DNA from: Rhodospirillales bacterium
GTDB taxonomy: Bacteria > Pseudomonadota > Alphaproteobacteria > Rhodospirillales > UBA2165
NCBI GenBank assembly: GCA_028345065.1
Contig: JAOMCN010000005.1
Span: 6,184-70,183 of the forward strand
Direction of reading: 5' to 3'
Length of the DNA: 64,000 bases
Below, piece after piece: positions 59,045 through 64,000 of the stretch. Position 1 is the stretch's first letter, and each line of letters begins with the position of its first letter. The translations under genes were made by a program, and so were the position numbers. The notes beneath the pieces were generated by a model. That model made no database searches. It saw nothing but the letters and a program-made list of their open reading frames with translations, and had not been told where the DNA came from.

Positions 59045-59766
59045 TGGGTTCAAACACTGCTATTTGGACTGCAAAGGTCCTTACATTGTTCCCGGAAATG
59101 TTCCCGGGTCCATTAGGTTGTTCCCTTGCGGGGAAGGCCCTTGATGAGGGTGTCTGGGCACTAGAAATGCTGGATATCCGGTCCTTTGCAGACAGGAACC
59201 ATCATGTAGTAGATGACACACCGTTTGGTGGCGGTGCAGGAATGATTATGCGAGCGGACGTAATAGATAAAGCTCTAGATTATGTTTCAGAGTCATTCAG
59301 TCAAATAAGTTTGCCTATCTTATATCTAACTCCACGAGGGGCACCTCTGACACAGCATAGAGTAAGAGATCTGGCTGCGGGTAACGGCGTTGTAATAGTT
59401 TGTGGGCGATATGAGGGTATTGACGAACGCGCAATTGATGCCTGGAATATGGAAGAAATTAGTCTTGGGGATTATATTTTGTCAGGTGGTGAACCCGCAG
59501 CTATCAGTTTAATTGACGCAAGCGTTCGCTTGTTACCAGGTGTCATGGGTAGTGATTTGAGCCAAAATGAAGAGAGTTTTGAGAGAGGTTTATTGGAATA
59601 CCCTCAATATACCCGGCCCCGTATCTGGCGGGAACGAACGGTGCCAGATGTTCTGCTGTCCGGTCATCATGATAAAGTTCGAGCTTGGCGGCAAACGGAA
59701 TCTGAAAAAATAACACGTGCACGGCGGCCTGATCTTTGGAATCTTTATGCCGCCAACCGGACCTGA
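59044..59766 (+). CDS. trmD: tRNA (guanine37-N1)-methyltransferase TrmD
   Basis: 240 aa. Motifs [20 protein letters not shown] and [11 protein letters not shown]. The ATG overlaps the rimM TAA by 1 nt. Confidence 0.96.
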   Translation: MGSNTAIWTAKVLTLFPEMFPGPLGCSLAGKALDEGVWALEMLDIRSFADRNHHVVDDTPFGGGAGMIMRADVIDKALDYVSESFSQISLPILYLTPRGAPLTQHRVRDLAAGNGVVIVCGRYEGIDERAIDAWNMEEISLGDYILSGGEPAAISLIDASVRLLPGVMGSDLSQNEESFERGLLEYPQYTRPRIWRERTVPDVLLSGHHDKVRAWRQTESEKITRARRPDLWNLYAANRT

Positions 59767-59795
59767 TCGTCCGGACCTCAACAAGGAAAGAAACC

Positions 59796-60389
59796 ATGAA
59801 TACCATACAAGAAATAGAACGAGAGCAGGTTGCAAAACTGACAGAGAAAAAATCGATACCGAAGTTTTCTCCGGGCGATACTATAAGGGTAAATGTAAAG
59901 GTCGTTGAAGGTGCCCGGGAGCGGATCCAGGCTTTTGAGGGGATGTGTATCGGCCGTAAAAATAATGGACTTCACTCGTCCTTCACTGTTAGAAAGCTTT
60001 CCTATGGCGAAGGCGTTGAACGAGTTTTTCCGGTTTATTCACCCAATGTCGAGAGTATCGAGGTAATCCGCCGAGGTGATGTCCGAAGAGCGAAATTGTA
60101 TTATCTGCGAGGTCGTCAAGGGAAACGAGCCCGTGTCGCGGAGCGGACTGATGGTTATGCCGCTAAACTTAGCGCCGCGGAACGGCAACAGGCAGCTGAT
60201 CTAAAGCTTGCAGCCAACGCCGCACAGGCGGATGCAATGGGGCTAGAGGATTCAATTTCTGAAGATACAGTCGCCGATAAAGTTGACGAAGAAACGTCGT
60301 CTGTGGAATTGAATGAGACAACAGAAGAAAATTTATTGGAGGACGGTGTCGATAAGGTAGACATCTCTAGTGCCCACAAACAAGATTAG
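59796..60389 (+). CDS. rplS: 50S ribosomal protein bL19 with an acidic C-terminal extension of about 75 aa
   Basis: ATG 59796 gives [11 protein letters not shown]...[26 protein letters not shown], which is canonical L19. The track start at 59736 lies inside trmD. Confidence 0.93.
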   Translation: MNTIQEIEREQVAKLTEKKSIPKFSPGDTIRVNVKVVEGARERIQAFEGMCIGRKNNGLHSSFTVRKLSYGEGVERVFPVYSPNVESIEVIRRGDVRRAKLYYLRGRQGKRARVAERTDGYAAKLSAAERQQAADLKLAANAAQADAMGLEDSISEDTVADKVDEETSSVELNETTEENLLEDGVDKVDISSAHKQD

Positions 60390-60422
60390 TAGTCTTTATA
60401 GATGGCTATGAGGAGGCAACGC

Positions 60423-61835
60423 ATGAATAGACCGACCACCCTTTACGACAAAATCTGGGAATCTCATTTGGTGGACGAGCGCGATGACGGCACTTGCTTG
60501 CTCTATATTGACCGCCATCTAGTCCATGAGGTTACTAGTCCTCAAGCGTTTGAAGGATTACGCAACACCAAAAGAAGTGTACGTCGTCCGGATCTGACGC
60601 TAGCTGTTGCCGATCATAATGTTCCGACATCGGATCGTTCCATAGGTATTGAAGATGAAGAGTCCCGAATTCAGATCGAAGCGCTCGACCAAAATTGTGC
60701 TGACTTCGGGGTAGAGCTATACGATATGAATGACATCCGCCAAGGTATTTGCCATGTGATTGGACCGGAGCAGGGTTTTACTCTGCCAGGAACGACTATG
60801 GTTTGTGGTGACTCCCATACGGCCACCCACGGCGCTTTTGGATGCCTAGCCTTTGGTATAGGTACGTCGGAGGTAGAACACGTACTTGCTACCCAGACAA
60901 TGATCCAAACTAAGGCAAAGAATATGAGGGTGACGGTCGATGGCGAATTGCCAATAGGAGTAACTGCAAAAGATATGATCCTTGCAATTATTGGGGAGAT
61001 TGGGACGGCAGGAGGTACTGGATGTGTTGTTGAGTTTGCCGGTGAGGCTGTCCGCGCTCTCTCTGTTGAAGGCCGTATGACCATGTGTAATATGACCATA
61101 GAGGCTGGTGCTAGGGCCGGGCTTATTGCTCCCGATGAAAAAACATTCGAATACCTTAAGGGAAGACCTAAATCACCAAAAGGTTCAACTTGGGAAGCTT
61201 CTGTGGAGTGTTGGAAAACTCTTAAAACGGATAATGACGCAAGTTTTGACATTGAAATTACTCTTCAAGGGGGTGATATAATCCCGCAAGTAACGTGGGG
61301 AACAAGCCCGGAAGATGTGCTCCCGATTACGGAGAGAGTGCCTCACCCCACAGATGAGACTGATCCAAACCGCAGGAAAAAAATGGAACGCTCACTGGAG
61401 TATATGGGTTTGGAGCCAGGGTTACCTTTGAAAGAAATTAAAATAGATCGAATGTTTATCGGCTCCTGCACTAATAGTCGTATTGAGGATTTGCGTGCGG
61501 CAGCTCAAGTTGCGGACGGCCGAAAGGTGGCGGACCATGTTTCTGCCATGGTTGTTCCAGGGTCTGGATTAGTTAAGGAACAGGCCGAACAAGAGGGTCT
61601 CGATAAAGTTTTCATTGAAGCGGGGTTTGATTGGCGGGAGCCTGGATGTTCCATGTGTCTGGGCATGAATCCGGATAAACTCGCGCCAGGCGAGCGGTCA
61701 GCCTCCACGTCCAACCGCAACTTCGAAGGTCGACAGGGACCAGGAGGGCGAACGCATCTGTTAAGCCCAGCCATGGCCGCCGCCGCAGCCATAAAGGGAT
61801 ATTTGACCGATGTGCGTGACCTTGGCGTTGATTAA
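60423..61835 (+). CDS. leuC: 3-isopropylmalate dehydratase large subunit
   Basis: ATG 60423 follows GAGGAGG and gives [17 protein letters not shown]. Motifs VCGDSHT, GSCTNSR and GCSMCLGMN. Confidence 0.96.
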   Translation: MNRPTTLYDKIWESHLVDERDDGTCLLYIDRHLVHEVTSPQAFEGLRNTKRSVRRPDLTLAVADHNVPTSDRSIGIEDEESRIQIEALDQNCADFGVELYDMNDIRQGICHVIGPEQGFTLPGTTMVCGDSHTATHGAFGCLAFGIGTSEVEHVLATQTMIQTKAKNMRVTVDGELPIGVTAKDMILAIIGEIGTAGGTGCVVEFAGEAVRALSVEGRMTMCNMTIEAGARAGLIAPDEKTFEYLKGRPKSPKGSTWEASVECWKTLKTDNDASFDIEITLQGGDIIPQVTWGTSPEDVLPITERVPHPTDETDPNRRKKMERSLEYMGLEPGLPLKEIKIDRMFIGSCTNSRIEDLRAAAQVADGRKVADHVSAMVVPGSGLVKEQAEQEGLDKVFIEAGFDWREPGCSMCLGMNPDKLAPGERSASTSNRNFEGRQGPGGRTHLLSPAMAAAAAIKGYLTDVRDLGVD

Positions 61836-61850
61836 AATAAAGGTGAAATC

Positions 61851-62456
61851 ATGCAAAAATTCGATAAGCTAACGGCTGTTGCAGCACCTCTACCAACTAT
61901 CAATGTCGACACAGACATGATAATCCCTGCTCGGTTTTTGAAGACTATCAAACGTACGGGGCTGGGCAAAAGTTTGTTCTACACGCTTCGCTTCGATGAA
62001 AAAGGCAATGAGCGGGAAGATTTTGTGCTGAACAAAACAGCTTATAAAAATGCCGAGATATTGGTTGCAGGCGACAATTTTGGTTGTGGGTCCTCTCGGG
62101 AGCATGCTCCCTGGGCTCTGGAAGATTTTGGTATCCGCTGTATTATCTCTTCGAGCTTTGCGGACATTTTTTATAACAACAGTTTCAAAAATGGAATTTT
62201 GTTAATCAAATTACCGCAAGAAGATGTTGATAAATTAATGGAAGGTGCAGAGAGAGGCTCTAATTCGACTATTACCGTTGACCTCGATGCTCAGAAAATC
62301 ACTGGGCCAGATGATGGCGTGTTTGAGTTCGATATTGACCCGTACAAAAAAAATTGTCTATTGAACGGACTCGACGATATTGGTTTGACGATGCAAAAAG
62401 AAGGTAAAATTCATGCTTTTGAGGAAAGACTAAAGGCCACTCAACCATGGGCATGA
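61851..62456 (+). CDS. leuD: 3-isopropylmalate dehydratase small subunit
   Basis: 201 aa. Motifs [12 protein letters not shown] and [13 protein letters not shown]. Confidence 0.96.
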   Translation: MQKFDKLTAVAAPLPTINVDTDMIIPARFLKTIKRTGLGKSLFYTLRFDEKGNEREDFVLNKTAYKNAEILVAGDNFGCGSSREHAPWALEDFGIRCIISSSFADIFYNNSFKNGILLIKLPQEDVDKLMEGAERGSNSTITVDLDAQKITGPDDGVFEFDIDPYKKNCLLNGLDDIGLTMQKEGKIHAFEERLKATQPWA

Positions 62457-62486
62457 TTTGTGATTTTTCTACCAAGGGCGAATGAA

Positions 62487-63596
62487 GTGGCCGCAAATAA
62501 AAAACTACTCTTGTTACCTGGTGACGGTATAGGCCCTGAAGTTATTGCTGAAGTTCGTCGGGTCGTTGAATGGGTGGGTCAGCGGCGCTCGGTTAGATTT
62601 GATGTGACAGAAGGATTGATTGGTGGTGCCGCCATTGATGCCACGGGGCATCCGTTGCCGGATGAGACACTTTTTGCGGCAAAGAAATCCGATGCAATCT
62701 TATTGGGTGCGGTGGGGGGACCCAAGTGGGAATCACTCCCTTTTAATCTACAACCGGAGCGTGGTCTCCTTGGAATTCGCAAAGAACTGGGTTTGTTCGC
62801 TAATTTGCGACCGGCTCTAGTTTTTGACGCTTTGACGAGTGCTTCAACCCTCAAGGAAGAGGTGGTGAGGGGCCTTGATATCATGATAGTTCGAGAGCTT
62901 ACGGGGGGTATTTATTTTGGCGAACCTCGGGGGATTGAAGATAAGGCAGACGGCACACGTAAAGGCGTAAATACACTCACATATACATCACCTGAGGTAC
63001 ATCGGATTGGTAGAACGGCGTTTGACTTGGCGCAAAAACGGAATAAGAGGGTATGTTCAATTGATAAAGCAAATGTCTTAGAGACAACAGTTATGTGGCG
63101 GGAAGAGATGGAACTTATCAAGAGTGAATTTCCCGATGTGGAACTTAGCCATATGTATGTCGATAACGCAGCCATGCAGTTGGTTCGAAATCCCAAACAG
63201 TTTGATGTAGTGGTCACCACGAATATGTTTGGCGACATATTGTCAGATTGCGCAGCAATGCTGACAGGATCTCTTGGTATGTTACCGTCAGCCTCTTTAG
63301 GTGAGGCAGATACTTCTGGTCGCTGTCCCGCTCTTTATGAGCCAGTTCACGGCAGTGCACCTGATATTGCAGGTCAAGGGATTGCAAACCCGCTGGCCAC
63401 GATACTAAGCTTTTCCATGCTTCTTCGCTATTCTTTCGACATCGATGAAGACGCTGAAATGATTGATCAGGCAGTCAAAAATGTTCTTGATAGTGGAATG
63501 CGAACTGAAGACATCATGGAAACCGGTAAGACGAAGGTATCCACCGACGAGATGGGTGAGGCTGTTTTGAAAGAACTGGATAAACTCGTCGCTTGA
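62487..63596 (+). CDS. leuB: 3-isopropylmalate dehydrogenase
   Basis: Motifs [27 protein letters not shown] and NMFGDILSD. The start is uncertain: GTG 62487 is preferred, and the track gives GTG 62460. Confidence 0.93.
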   Translation: MAANKKLLLLPGDGIGPEVIAEVRRVVEWVGQRRSVRFDVTEGLIGGAAIDATGHPLPDETLFAAKKSDAILLGAVGGPKWESLPFNLQPERGLLGIRKELGLFANLRPALVFDALTSASTLKEEVVRGLDIMIVRELTGGIYFGEPRGIEDKADGTRKGVNTLTYTSPEVHRIGRTAFDLAQKRNKRVCSIDKANVLETTVMWREEMELIKSEFPDVELSHMYVDNAAMQLVRNPKQFDVVVTTNMFGDILSDCAAMLTGSLGMLPSASLGEADTSGRCPALYEPVHGSAPDIAGQGIANPLATILSFSMLLRYSFDIDEDAEMIDQAVKNVLDSGMRTEDIMETGKTKVSTDEMGEAVLKELDKLVA

Positions 63597-63753
63597 AATA
63601 TTTTGGGTCTAGTTAAAAATATTTGATTAAAAACTCAAAAGAGTGCAGTTGGTCGCTCATTAACATTGTGTTGGTACAACGTTAAGTTATCTATTCAAGG
63701 CGATAGTTCCACCCAAGTTGTTTTCTTCGGTATTTTGTTCCAGGAGATCTTAG

Positions 63754-64000
63754 ATGAGTTATAATTATGCTGTGGTTGGTGCTACTGGGAACGTTGGGCG
63801 TGAAATAATTCAAATTCTGGCTGAGCGCGGTATTCCTGCGGGTGCCGTTACGGCAGTGGCTTCTGAGCGCTCCGTTGGTGCGGAAGTCTCTTACGGAGAT
63901 GACGACGTTTTAAAGGTTCAGAATCTTGAAGAGTTTGACTTTGGGAATACAGATATAGTGCTCTCTAGTCCTGGTGCTCAGGTATCTGCAGGATTTGCAC
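63754..64000 (+). CDS. asd: Aspartate-semialdehyde dehydrogenase, N-terminal fragment (continues beyond the window end)
   Basis: ATG 63754 follows AGGAG. MSYNYAVVGATGNVGREIIQIL is a typical Asd NAD(P) motif. The frame is open to the window end. Confidence 0.85.
   Translation, partial: MSYNYAVVGATGNVGREIIQILAERGIPAGAVTAVASERSVGAEVSYGDDDVLKVQNLEEFDFGNTDIVLSSPGAQVSAGFA

Noticed and set aside
60671-61252. 193-aa minus-strand ORF
   Set aside because: Antisense shadow ORF inside leuC, with no recognisable motifs.

Overview
This window looks like an ordinary chromosomal segment of a moderate-GC alphaproteobacterium, possibly a marine lineage. That assignment is an inference from gene order and protein signatures: ffh-rpsP-rimM-trmD-rplS-leuCDB-asd, a contiguous ccmABCDEFGHI cluster, yggT-DUF167-folD, and dapF-mtaB-ftsY. 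About 60 protein genes and 2 tRNAs (Ser-GCU, Ala-CGC) are supportable.

Main blocks:
- 1-14 kb: a tungstate-transporter (tupBCA) plus periplasmic Cys-type formate dehydrogenase supercluster. It also holds several uncharacterised accessory genes: a large Fe-S protein, DUF3305/DUF3306, ApbC, a TorD-like chaperone, a small TAT-target protein, a PepSY-like protein, and a periplasmic WD40 protein next to a membrane-anchored cytochrome c.
- 14-20 kb: a Rieske dioxygenase with an SDR, and an IorAB-type molybdoenzyme.
- 20-26 kb: a HAMP/class III cyclase divergent from a cytochrome c, then tRNA-Ser followed by a TPR-sulfotransferase giant protein.
- 27-29 kb: a gap-arsJ arsenate-resistance pair.
- 30-36 kb: assorted metabolism genes.
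- 37-39 kb: a small Cys-rich miniprotein, a lipoprotein and an Asp-box propeller protein.
- 39-46 kb: the ccm cluster, including a 59-aa ccmD that is missing from the ORF track.
- 46-64 kb: acnA, pgk, a degenerate MCP-like protein, and the SRP / ribosomal protein / leucine block.

I saw no CRISPR array, IS element, integrase, phage gene, toxin-antitoxin pair or recognisable defence system. I also recognised no classical DNA-binding transcription factor.

The most plausible under-described biology here:
- the DUF3305-DUF3306-FeS module tied to tungstate uptake and FDH;
- the Cys-rich miniprotein locus;
- the near-identical 27-nt tandem repeat forming a tail on ribosomal protein bS16, alongside an acidic tail on bL19;
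- the MCP-like protein with an ablated signalling tip.

None of these can be shown to be novel from sequence alone. All family assignments come from motif recognition by eye, not from searches.
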